Made by a program: the position numbers and the translations under genes
DNA from: Lama guanicoe
Lineage: Eukaryota
Direction of reading: 5' to 3'
DNA length: 64,000 bases
NCBI GenBank assembly: GCA_013239625.1
Contig: MU054212.1
Span: 9,596,898 to 9,660,897, forward strand
The notes under the pieces: model-generated
Told to the model about the DNA's origin: nothing
The model's input: the letters and a program-made list of their open reading frames with translations, nothing else
The model's database searches: none
Part shown: one piece after another, positions 1-10,600 of the stretch
Position numbering within the stretch: position 1 is the first letter of the stretch
How the letters are laid out: every line of letters begins with the position of its first letter

Positions 1-669
1 AGGCTGGAATGAGCACCCCACCAGAGCTGGGACAGCCAGCAGAGGGGCCCCTGGCCCTGGAGTGCACAGATGTGTTCTGCCACCAGGCCAGAAAGGGACT
101 GGCTTCACCTGGCTTCCCTTCTGCTGTTGCCACCTTCCTAGGGGCTGGCATGGAGGTTTAGAGGGGCTGAGCCCACCTCTGTCCCTCATTGCCTGGCACC
201 TGCCAGTGTGGGCAGAAGAGAGCCTGGGGGACGTCCAGAGCTCTGTCCTGCTTCACTCAGGACAGTCCTCACCACCCACAGGATCACTGGGGGTCTTTTC
301 CTGGGAGCTGGCCCCCCCCCCACCTGTCTTCTCAGGAACCCAAGCCCTCTGCTTCACAGCCAGCCCCTGGGTTGCTGAGCCAGAGCTGTCTTAGAGAGAA
401 AAGAGCCTGGAAAGTCCCCTGTCACTCCTCAATGACCATCCAAACCTCCTCTTGCTCCATGAGAGTTCCTGCTCTTCCAACAATAGTTCCTTGGTTGTCT
501 CTCAGCCCCCTGGTCACACGGGCCCTACTTCTCTCTCTGTCTCTCACTCATGTGTGCCGTGTGTGTCACAGCCTGAGACAGACAAACAATTGTTTCTTAA
601 GCAAGATCAGTGACCTGACTTCCTACTCACAGATCCCCAGACCCTAACTCAGAGCTGAGCTCCCCTGGA

Positions 670-697
670 GTGTGTGTGTGTGTGTGTGTGTGTGTGT
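670..697. repeat. (GT)14 microsatellite
   Basis: Direct read; followed by a short alternating purine-pyrimidine tail (acacgcgtgtgcgcg). Confidence 0.97.
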
Positions 698-1469
698 ACA
701 CGCGTGTGCGCGCCCCTGTGCGCATGCCCGCCTGTGCCCACGCTTGAACAGTACTTGGGTGACATCACAGACATCATAAGAAAATTCATTCAGGTTGGGG
801 ACTGGGATTAAATGGGATGAGGGAGGAGACTAGAGCCGTGCCTGCTGCATAGCAGGCTCCCAGCAAACGCCAGCTTCTGTGTTGTTTTCTAATCCGTGAC
901 CCAGAAATGCCTCAGGAAGTTCTGGACCGATGCCCAGCCCGGGGCCAAGGGAGGGGGAGGATGGTTGGGGGTGGCAGGGTGGCCATGGTGGTGGCCTATG
1001 GAGATAGCCAGAGCGCTCTCCAGCCAGCAGCTGCGCCTCCCGATGTAATTCTAGGGTGGACGTCCAAACATCACAGACGAGGGTCCTCTCTGGCTCCTTT
1101 TGGGGTGTGTGAGTGCCGGGTGACACCTAGCTCCCTGCTCACCAGAAGGCTCCGTTTCTTCCCAAGCCACAAAGTATCTGGGAATGCTTCTTTTTGACCA
1201 AACCTGCAGCCTTCACTGGAGGCAGCTCTCACCTCCCTGTGCCCACCCACTCCTGGGGGGTGCTTGTGAAGGGCCTGGCCCCTGCTCTTCATCTGTCCCC
1301 GCTGTTTGTTCTCATCCCCTCCAAAAGAACTCAGCTTTATGCTGTCCGCCCCCACCCCGGCACACACCATGGTCATGGAAATGGTGAAGCAGCAGACCCT
1401 GCGTACTGGGGCCCGTTGGCACATCCGTGCCCTAACCCAGTGGCACTGCTGCTCTGGGAAGAGAGAGAT

Positions 1470-2457
1470 GATTTTCAGGGCCCCTTGTTCAAAAAACATC
1501 ATTAAAGCACTGAAATATAAAGCTTCCCCTTTCTTCCATGGTCTCCCTTTCTTAACTCGTCATGGTGATTTTTATTTGCTATTTGATGTTATTTTAAGGA
1601 AAGAAACATAAATTTTAAATTATTAGCATGTATTCTACCATTCATCTTGATTTTGTGTGATGCCAGTTTTAAATGCAAATAGCAGAACGTTTAACTCCTG
1701 TGCAGAATCACCAAAATTACACCCTTCATTTATTGTGGCTCATGCCTGGAGGGTACCTTGAGCTGGCTGGAGGGGAGGAATGCAAGCCAGACTCAGGAAG
1801 GTTAAGGAGCAAAAGAGGGTCCCTTCAGACACAGAGACCCTCACAGGTACCCAGAACCCAGCCCTGCAACAGGGGAGGCTGGCTGGTCCTGAGGACCACT
1901 CCCTTCCACTGACTCCAGACTGATCCATCACAACCCAGCAGAGAGTGGGCCCTGGGGAGTCAAGCCAGGCTTCACTTGTGCCCACGCCCACCCTGTCCTA
2001 ACACACAGTGGACAGACGACTGTCAAGAGTATAGTAAACGCTGTTCCAGGGACGCATTAGGTACCTACGAGGCTCACCTCCTCTAAGACAAGGCCTCTGT
2101 TGTCCAGACAGACATCCACAGCGCTGCCAGCCTGGGGTACTGCTGGGAGAGCGAGCCTGACCCCACCCTCCCTAAACCCCACTGCTGGCTGGCCTGGAGG
2201 GCAGAGTGACTGCATGTGGGGCCGGGGATGTGCAGGAATCGGGCAGGCAGGTGGTGGGAGGCAGAACCACTCATAAGCAGAGGCCCCAAGCCCCCTACGC
2301 AGGCTCCTTCATGCCACGGACTTCACTTATGAAACACACATTCAAAGACAACATTTTGATAATTTCAAGGTGGCAATTGCAGAGAAGGGAATGGGAGCCT
2401 TCTGAGGGTGGGGCCCTGTGTGACAGCACAGGGGGTGCTGCCCACGAAGCTGCCCTG
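1470..2457. mobile_element. MER45(B)-like hAT-Tip100 DNA transposon remnant
   Basis: 1470-1745 (cagggccccttgttcaaaaa...ttttaaattattagcatg...gcagaatcaccaaaattacac) and 2310-2457 (ggacttcacttatgaaacacacattcaaaga...ggggccctgtgtgacagcacagg...gaagctgccctg) match my recollection of the two ends of MER45B. The middle is highly diverged; no TSD seen. Confidence 0.65.
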
Positions 2458-3354
2458 AACACGATGCCTTTCTGGGTCTCCCTCACCTTGGAAGCTCTTC
2501 TCCATCCACCTGCTCCAGGCATCAGACATTTCCTTGACCATCTTGTGTTCTCAGCATTTCTCTGGTCCATGCACAAGCTCCAGCTCCAGAGAGACGGTTA
2601 CTCCAAGATTCAGCTTTTAAAAATGAACTTTGGGCAATTTGGGGAAAATAGACTGAAATTTTCCATCCTTTGGTATAAAAGGCCAGCGGTGACGAGAACC
2701 CACCAATGAGATCATGGGAACCACAGGTGGGTGGCTCTCCAGCGACCCTGCCCTCCACCAGGATTTTGCCTTCACGGCACTTAGCAAATCATAATGAACA
2801 AAGTAATTAACGGAGAAATTATTTGTTTAAACCCCCAGGAGGGCAGATTCTGAATCACAGGCCCTGCTGGATTCCCAGGGCTGTACAGAGGAGGCCCTCA
2901 ATAACCTGGGATGGGAAGGATGAACCCCTGACCCTGGGCTCCCACTGTCCCTGAGAGAGAAAGGACCGAAGAGGGATAGCAGAGGCAGGAGCATTATTTG
3001 TAGCTTGTTGTAAAGATATTGTTTTAATCACCTCCTGAATAAATCGCACATAGCTTCCTCCAAAGAGAGGGCTGAAATATTCAAGGAATCCCGTTTGCTG
3101 TCATCAAAAAGTCCTGACTCAAAGACAGCCCAGCAGCCATTGCAGAGAGAAATGTGCCTTCGCTGGAGCCCTCTGACCACCGGCTGGACTCCGAGGCAAG
3201 CCTGGCCAGGCCGGTTGGCGACGCTGCTCCCAGGGTGTGAGCAGCAGGTCCCCAGGCTGCTGTGGGTGCAGCACCCTTGCTCTCTGTCCTGTTTCCATCT
3301 CATCTGGACTTCCTACTGATTAATTTATTTAATTAGGGGTCCCTTTAAGCTCCC

Positions 3355-3695
3355 CATTCTTTCCTTCATTGCCTTGCCACAACTTGGGATAGATATGAAC
3401 CATCATGCTCCCCAATCTGTAGATTTGTTTAATGTCTTTTTTTTTTTTTTGAGGGGGTAACTAGGTTTATTTGTCTATATACTTATTTTTTAACAGAGGT
3501 ACTGGGGATTGAACCCAGGACCTTGCATGCTAAGCACGCACTCTACCCCTGAGCTATACCCTGCCTCATAACATCTCCTCTTTAAGAGGGAAGGCCCACA
3601 CCTGTTCTGTTCCCACTGCACACTCAGAATCGGGCGTGGCACCCGGCACACAGTAGGTATTCAATACATGCTCACTGACCAAACGGATGACTGAA
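3355..3695 (+). mobile_element. L2 LINE 3' remnant, interrupted by a SINE
   Basis: L2-type 3' end (ggcacccggcacacagtaggtattcaatacatg) and upstream tttgtttaatgtct motif. Confidence 0.6.
3437..3561 (-). mobile_element. tRNA-Ala-derived camelid SINE (Vic-1-like)
   Basis: Minus strand reads gggtatagctcaggggtagagtgcgtgcttagcatgcaaggtcctgggttcaatccccagtacctc (tRNA-Ala-AGC-like head with A and B boxes), then an A-rich body and poly(A) tail. Confidence 0.9.
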
Positions 3696-5199
3696 TCCTC
3701 TATCGCACCTGTCACAGGCACTGTCCGCTCCTGCCTCAGCCAGGGCAGGAGTGTCCAGGGGCCAGAAGTGGTCACGTGCTGAACAGCCCTGCTCCTGGTC
3801 CAGGGAGAATGGCCCTTTAAGCCTCCCTCCTCCAGCAAAGTGGTGGTGTTGTACCTTCGGATTAGGAAGGGTTTACTGAAGCAGTGATCACGGTTTAGAG
3901 AGACAGTCAGTGAGCGCACACCAGACAGAAGAACCCGGAGGTTATTGTTAAAATATGCAAATCCACAGCCCATTGAAATGCAAACCCTCCAGATAAGATT
4001 TTTAATAAATCTGGTTCTGCTCCCACTCCCCGCTTCCAGGAGGCCATCTGACGCTTGTTGGGTCAGGCGTGTAGGCCTGTCAGCTCTTCACCCCTCTCCT
4101 CGGTTAGATGGTCCAGCTCAGATGGTCCAGCTCGGAGCTGTCCCTGGCCCGGGGGTGGCTGGCTGCCAGCCAAGGCCCTGGGCCTGTCCCTTGGCAAAAC
4201 ACTTGAGGTCACCTCCAGGTCACCCACAGAGACATCTCACCCTCATCCTCTCATTCTTCACCTTCTCTCATCTGTCTGAAGAGTAGAGTCCTAACCCTTG
4301 TGCCCTCCTCCAGCGGAACCTCAGGATGGGTCCACCTGATCACACCTGTCACTTTGCCAGTCATGGCCTCTGGACTTACTTTGGTCCGCTGCCATCTAAC
4401 ATGGCCCCCAAGGGAGTGAAGGGAAGCAGGCAGCATGGAAGTCCAATGGTTTTCACGACCAGGCTGTGACCCCCACCCAGCCCTGGCCTGCTGGCGCTGA
4501 GTCAGGATGGGAGAGTATGTGGAGCTGCTTGGGCTCAGCAGTGTGTCTGGATGGAGGACAGAGAGGCAGGGGGGACCATGGCAGGTGGCAGTTATCATGT
4601 CCTTCCCAAGCTCCAGATCTTGCACCGAACACATGACATGGCTCATGTTCTTCCCCTTCTCTGACGCCAAGTGAGCCAGGTGAGCAAGCGCATGGGTGGG
4701 TAGGATGTGGCCGGCTGGGGTGCTGGTAGGGTGGGGAGAGGAGGGCATTCAGGGGCAGGAGTAACTGCAGACAACGTGGGTGAGTTAAGGGAAGGGGCAG
4801 AGAGGGGGAGGAAAGTCTCAGAGTGTGATGTGCAGGCAGTTTAGGTGGAGGCAGGGGAGCCTAGTGTGGCCCCAGGAAGGGGGCCTGTGCTGTGGGCAGT
4901 GATGTCCCTTGGCAGTTTGGGGGCAGAAATGGCATTCCACTGGGGCCATGTTTAGAAAGAGCAAGGGGGCAGCATGTACACAGGGCAGTGGAGCCGGTTC
5001 GGGGGCGGGTGTGTGTGTGTGTGTATATGTGTGAATATTTAGATCAGTAACAGCCAGCAGGTTCTTGGTATCTGGTCCCCTCCCCATTCGCGAGCAGGTG
5101 GGGAGGAGAGCTCTGTGCCTATGGTGAGAAGGCGAGGCGGGGCACGGGGGCCTCTGAGCCACACATCCTCCGTGGTCCAGCCCCGCAGACAGGCCCCAG

Positions 5200-5420
5200 G
5201 CAGTTGCTATGCAACAGGCTGTTCTGCCCTGCAGTGTCCAGCAAACAGCGGGCTGCGCTGGCGGTGCCTATTGGTGGACTGCCTGGGTGGCCCCGCCCCG
5301 CCTCCTCTCCGCCTTCCTCTCCCTGCTCTCCTTCCGCGAGTCTCCACCCGCTCCGCGCTATAGCAGCGCATCGAAGTTTACAGAATGCTTCCCCCCACTC
5401 ACTGGGCACAAACAAAGGAG
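5200..5420 (+). promoter_or_regulatory. Promoter-like element (RFX X-box, CCAAT, GC boxes)
   Basis: GTTGCTATGCAAC 5203-5215; ATTGG (reverse CCAAT) 5270-5274; CCCCGCCCCGCC 5291-5302; locally CpG-rich. Direction inferred only from the downstream donor. Confidence 0.6.
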
Positions 5421-5578
5421 GCGCCCCTCCCCTCAGGGCCCGTCAAAGGTCTCTTCTACTTGTCTCCCGAAGGGAGGGATCCTCCAGTCGGCTTTTTAGT
5501 TTTCCTTTTCCCCCCACTGCCACGGGGTTGGGGTTGGGCTCCAGCTGTGTGGGTAGGTGCTTCTCGGAGCTGCGGCAG
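5330..5578 (+). other. Candidate first exon (start approximate)
   Basis: Strong donor CAG|GTAAGG at 5578/5579, ~280 nt after the GC boxes. No transcript evidence available. Confidence 0.35.
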
Positions 5579-5929
5579 GTAAGGTGGAGGGGAGGGACGC
5601 AGTGAGAAATCTCGGAGATGAATAGCGCAGTTGGGCTCAGTCCCTACCTAGCAGTCAGGGCTTCTGAGGTCCACGCGGCCAAGGGTAGCCTGTCTCTTTG
5701 TCTCCAAGACCCACGCCCGTCTTACCGTCCCCCACCAACACGCTAGCGCTGCCCTGTTGAAGGTGGGAGGGCCCTTGTGATCCTAATTAAGATCTGCTGC
5801 CGAGGAAACGAAGCTCATTAGGCTGCGTGGCCAGGCTGGGTCGCTAACCCTCTTCAGGGTGGGGGTGTGCGATTTTTTTTTTAAACAGCAGTAGATAGAT
5901 AAGTCAGGATGATTCGAGTTCTGATTTAG

Positions 5930-6100
5930 TTAGAAGGCCTCGATTTCAGCCCTAGCTCTGCCACAAACGTGTGCACATGTGGTGGGGCAGTTACCTGACC
6001 GCTTAGAGTCATATCCCCTGGGAGGATGTGCAGAGGGTTGAACGTGATGGCTCTGGTAAAGCTTTGCCCATGCTGGGCACCTAGTAAGTGCTCAGTAAAC
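5930..6100 (+). mobile_element. MIR SINE remnant
   Basis: ccctagctctgccac...ggggcagttacctgacc...ctgggcacctagtaagtgctcagtaaac. Confidence 0.6.
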
Positions 6101-7079
6101 AAGTGGCAGCCACGTTCTCCCTCCTTTCCCCTCCCTTCCTCTCCCTGCTCCTTGTCCCTCTCAACGCCTCATTCCACCTGCCCCAGCTCTGCCCTCTCTG
6201 TGCCCTATTCCCTGGCGTAAGGACAGCACAGCAAACCAGGACGACATGGCCCTTCCCTCCAGGAGCTCGCCATCCGGTCTGCAGAAGGGCTTTGCTGAAA
6301 TGGTGTCCTAGCCTACCCTTCCTGGGCCCCAGCCAGGCATGATGCCCTGATCCCCAGTGCCCAGCCCCCTAGCCCCGCATGTGTCAGGGACCCACCACCC
6401 ACTATGTGGAAGTTCCTTCCTAGACCAGGCGACCAGGTGGTGGCCAGTCAGTATCTCCTCCCACCCGACAGTGGTGGGGACAGGGCTCTCTCCTGCCCGG
6501 GACATCCCAGCTCCTTTCTGGCCAGCTCTAGTGACAAGAGATGAAGTGTTTCCAGCCCCAAACCCCCTCCCTTTCCTTTCATCAGCCCTGACATAGGAGC
6601 TCCACAGGGCAAGCAAGCCCGCCTTCCAGCCATGCAGACCCGAGAACAGGTTTCCCCCACCAAACTGTGCTGCCTTCCCCTGGGAGCGCGCACCTCACAG
6701 GACCCTTGGCTGCGGGGCTCTGGGCCTCACGGGGGCTTTCTCCAGCTGGGTCTGACCTTTCCCAGCCCACAGTGGGACCACTGCCTTCCTGACTTAGACT
6801 CTTAACCATTGGGCAGGAATGCATAGGGCTGGACAGAGCCCCTGTCTCTGTGACCCACAGCCCACCATCCTGAGTCCTTTTGTCCATCCCCCTTCAGCCT
6901 CCCCCTGAGTCACATGTGCTCAGCCCTCCCCAACCACCTGCCCCACCAGGTTGCCCTGGACTCTGGACTCAGCCCCCTCCATGACCAGGAGAGTGCCTTT
7001 CCCACTGCCCTCCCTCAACCCAGGACCCCTCCTCTCCATCTAATGGGGCTCAGGCCTGGAGGGACAGTCCCCAAGCGAG

Positions 7080-7385
7080 TTAAAGGGAAAAACAAAGCCC
7101 ACACCACATAAATGACAAATCTAGAGGAAATTGCTCTTAATCCCACACCACAGCCCGAGGATGCTGGCCAAGCGCAAACCTGAGTCATCCTAGAAACAGC
7201 ACCGACATTGGCTTTTCGGAATTTGTTTTGTCTCCGGGCTTTAGATTTAGCATTAATTAACACAGCTCTCCAGCCTCCAACAGGCTAAATGATGAATCAG
7301 GTTAAATTCCAGACAACAGCCGCACACCGCCATCAATTAGCCATCTCCGGGGCAGCTTCATTAATAAGCATCGATCATTGCCCTC
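7080..7385. promoter_or_regulatory. Enhancer-like AT-rich motif island
   Basis: TAATCC 7138, TGAGTCA 7181, CATTAATTAA 7251, ATCAAT 7332, ATCGAT 7370, in non-repeat DNA within a GC-rich background. Confidence 0.55.
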
Positions 7386-7429
7386 CTCCTGGAACACGCC
7401 ACGGTCTCTGGGTCACGGGCACTGCCCAC

Positions 7430-7620
7430 GAGTGTGTCAGGCTTAGGTGTGAGTGTGATCACGTGTGGGTGAGGGCTGGAGTGCCTGGTGGGGGGTGGAT
7501 GTGTGAGTGTGTATGGAAGATTGTGGGTGTGCGGAGGGAGTGGGTGGTGTGAGTGGGTGTGTATGTTTGTCAGTGTGTGCGTGTAAGTGTGGGTGTGTGG
7601 GGGTGGGATGCTGGAGTGCA
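7430..7620. repeat. TG-rich low-complexity tract
   Basis: Degenerate (TG)n/(GTGG)n sequence. Confidence 0.8.
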
Positions 7621-8209
7621 TGAGTTCACTCTCCATGCTGCTGCCCCCTCCTTGCCTGCACTGTGCCCTTCTTTACCAAATTGCCTGTGCTCTCCTGCTT
7701 GTCAGTCCCTGTCCCCTGAATGGGGGGAGGGGGTGCTCTCCCAGGCTCTCCCAGGAGCCACTGGCCCCTTACACTCTTGCCCATCCCCATCTCTTCAACT
7801 TGCACCCCAGGGAGACAACCACCAAATCTCTATCGCCATTCCCACCCTCTTTCCCCTTGCATTCTGGATCCTCTTGGTCTTTCCCCCTTGGCTGTCCCAC
7901 AGGTATGTGTGACCTCCAGCCTAAAACCTGACTCCACCCCTGGTGATCTGGCTTTAGAGATGTCACTGCCTCCGCCCAGTGGCCTGGCTCACATCCTCTA
8001 ATACCTTCTGCGCCCGCAGGTTGGAGTCCAACCCTATTCCAGGCACTACTGTCCTCTACCTGGATTGTTCCCCCCTCTTCCGCCTCGTCCCACGTTCTTC
8101 TCAGAAAGCAAGATGATTATGAACCAGGAGCCGTTGGGGACCCCTCACAGACTCCTCCCGCCCAGAGGCTAGAGCCCACCTCCTCACACGGGGACAAGAT
8201 CCCCCTTAG

Positions 8210-8945
8210 TCTGGTGACCGCCCATCTCTCTGGCTGTCTCCGCGGCGTCACACGCCTCTGCCCCTGGCGGCCTTGCCCACTGGAGGGCTCTCTGCCAGAT
8301 TGCGCCCCCTATCGGCCGCGGCAGGTGTGTCTCCTTTCCTTTACCCTTTGTGTTCACAGCACTACCTCCCCTTGACTTGCAGTGGTTCTGAGTTAGTAGC
8401 CTGGGTGGAATGAGTGCCCCAGAGCATTTTCGAAAGCCTACTTCAAAGCAGGTGGCTGGAGTCACCCTCTGACTCCTGCGCGGGGCCGTGCGCCCCGAGA
8501 GCCGTGGGCCCCGGAGCGCGCGCGCGGATCGGGGTGGACGTGGCCTCCCGAGGCGGGAACGGCGGATCATCTCCTTAAAGGTTAATTAAGACTCTGAAGC
8601 CGGACGGCGTGGTGCGGCCGGTGACGGCGGATGCAGCGTCTCTCCAGACCATTAAACACTAATTAGGTTTGGAAAGTCTATCGAGCTCCCGAGGTCTCAT
8701 CAAGGCAGGCTCTGGCCCCCGGGTGCCCTTCGAAATGCCAGAGCTGTCACGGCCCGACCCCTCTTCCCCCGCCTCGGCCGACCCTCCGGACCCGCCCCGC
8801 GACCCCAGTCTTCGGGGCGGAGTCCCGCTTCATTTCTCTCCACCTCATTGTCTCCCCCTGACTCACTGGCCTGGCGGGGTCTGTTGGCCTGTCCGGTATC
8901 TTTCTTCTCCCTGCATCCCTTTCCGCTTACGCGGCGTCGCCTCTG
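8210..8945. promoter_or_regulatory. CpG-island-like region with embedded homeodomain sites
   Basis: High CpG density (e.g. ggagcgcgcgcgcggatcgg) around GTTAATTAAG (8581) and cattaaacactaattagg (~8650-8667). Confidence 0.7.
8302..8317 (-). promoter_or_regulatory. CTCF core motif (reverse)
   Basis: Minus strand GGCCGATAGGGGGCGC, close to the consensus GGCC(A/G)CTAGGGGGCGC; no upstream module. Confidence 0.55.
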
Positions 8946-10067
8946 TCTGACTGTCTTCCTTTAGTGGCTCAGAGGACTGATTAGAAAGGGGCGTGAAGTG
9001 GCCCCCGGTCTGGTGGACAGGATGAAGAGCGGGCCTGGTCCCCGATGTCCAGACAGAAGGAGAGACTGGGGAGACCCACCACCGCCATCCTGAGCTCCAC
9101 GCCTCCCCCTAGGGATTCTCCCCACCTTCAGAGCCCGATTTAAGTAAGACTCCTTCCTGCGATGTGTTGGCCTCAGAGCGTCCCCGGGGCTGAACTCTGC
9201 CTGCGCCCTCCCAAAGTCCCTCTCCTTCAGCCTGTTTCCTGTTTCCCCAGAGACCTGGCTCCCCTGAGGCCGCTCTTTACCAGGGTCTGATTTCATTCCC
9301 TGCCTCTGAATTCAACCAGGTAGAAGCTGCTCCTGACAGCATTCATTCATTCCTTCACTCCTCCCTTTGATGAAAACCCTGCCTTGTCCTCAGAGGACTT
9401 AGGGAGAAAGAGACGGGCAAGGACACTCCCTTGGTTACTGCTGCTTCTTCCCCCAGGACGGCAGGAACTCAGGGGGGGGATCCTCAGAAATCATTTTTCC
9501 ATCACCCTCCACCCCGCTTCCTGCCACATCTTTAGCACAAATGGCTTGTCACAGAGTGAAGGGATTTCCCACTCAGTGACAGAAAGAACGCTCGGGTTGG
9601 AATCTACCAGGAAGAAAGATTGTTCCACGCACTTCTGGGTCTCCCGGGCCACAGTGCAGAATTCTTGGTTCGGTTCTTCTAGAAAAGTTGTGAAATAGAA
9701 GTAAGTTTCTCTCCAGCATCACCTGCAGTGCCTGACTGCATTTTACCCTGACGTCCCTGCCCTATGTGAGTGACAAACGTGTCTGAAAACCATCCCCATC
9801 ACCATTGCCACAACTGTCACCATCACCACCAGCCACTGTTGCCATTGTCAGCACTGCTCTTATTGTCACCATCACCACCATATTTAATAAATACTAATAG
9901 GATATGGCTTAACTCAAAGGGATGTTGTTAACAGTGGCATTCTGGATGTTGGGAGCGGCAGGGGGATGTATTGGGTGAGGTGCAGCCTTCTTGGGACACT
10001 TCACCCCACATAGCAGCCCTCTACAGCCTTTCAGTTCATGTGACATTGTGGGAACATCTCTACCATG

Positions 10068-10175
10068 ACTAGCTGTGTGACCTTAACTTAGTCGTTTAAC
10101 CTCTCTGTGCTCCAGTTTCATGGACTTGAAAATGCAGGATAGAATTCTCCACCTTTGCAGGGTAGTGCTGCAAGC
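10068..10175 (+). mobile_element. MIR core
   Basis: actagctgtgtgaccttaac...tttaacctctctgtgctccagtttc...aaaatg. Confidence 0.8.
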
Positions 10176-10404
10176 AGAACAAGTCCTGTGGGCAAAAGTG
10201 CCCAAGACCCGGCTTGATATAGGTTAATTTTCTTTCTCCCATCTTCCTCTCTAGACAGTGCCCCGCACCCCACTGCCCACACGGAAGGCAGGCAGAGGAG
10301 ATAGGCAGTGTCCCAATCATTTGGGTCCCTCCACCCACCCTGGCCCCAGCCCCCAGGGTCCCCAACACCCTGACAGGCAGAGCTGAAGCGAGCCTGTGGG
10401 CACG

Positions 10405-10600
10405 GGCGGCGCAGCCCAATTTCACAAGCACAGAGTATTATGATTGCGTTGATTTCCATCATAAATCATATTTCCTATCTTCTGCCTCGCTCTCCCGCGT
10501 GCCCCAAGTTAAGCCTTGGTATTTTCTTTAGCTGCTGCCACTGTCGAGCTTGGAGATGATATTAGGATAATGATGATAAATTTCACCCTGCTGCCAAGCC
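10405..10600. promoter_or_regulatory. Enhancer-like AT-rich motif island
   Basis: CATAAATCA 10460-10468 (TGATTTATG, PBX-HOX type) plus several TGAT/TAAT cores. Confidence 0.5.

Noticed and set aside
1490..1745. AT-rich island with an ATGCAAAT octamer, first taken for an enhancer
   Set aside because: Better explained as MER45-like transposon sequence.
3496..3561. tRNA-Ala(AGC)-like sequences (also ~20515-20585 and ~62430-62500)
   Set aside because: Mutated stems, A-rich tails and candidate TSDs indicate SINE heads rather than functional tRNA genes.
9790..9890. (CAC/CAT)n-rich stretch
   Set aside because: Low-complexity degenerate trinucleotide repeat with no ORF or splice support.
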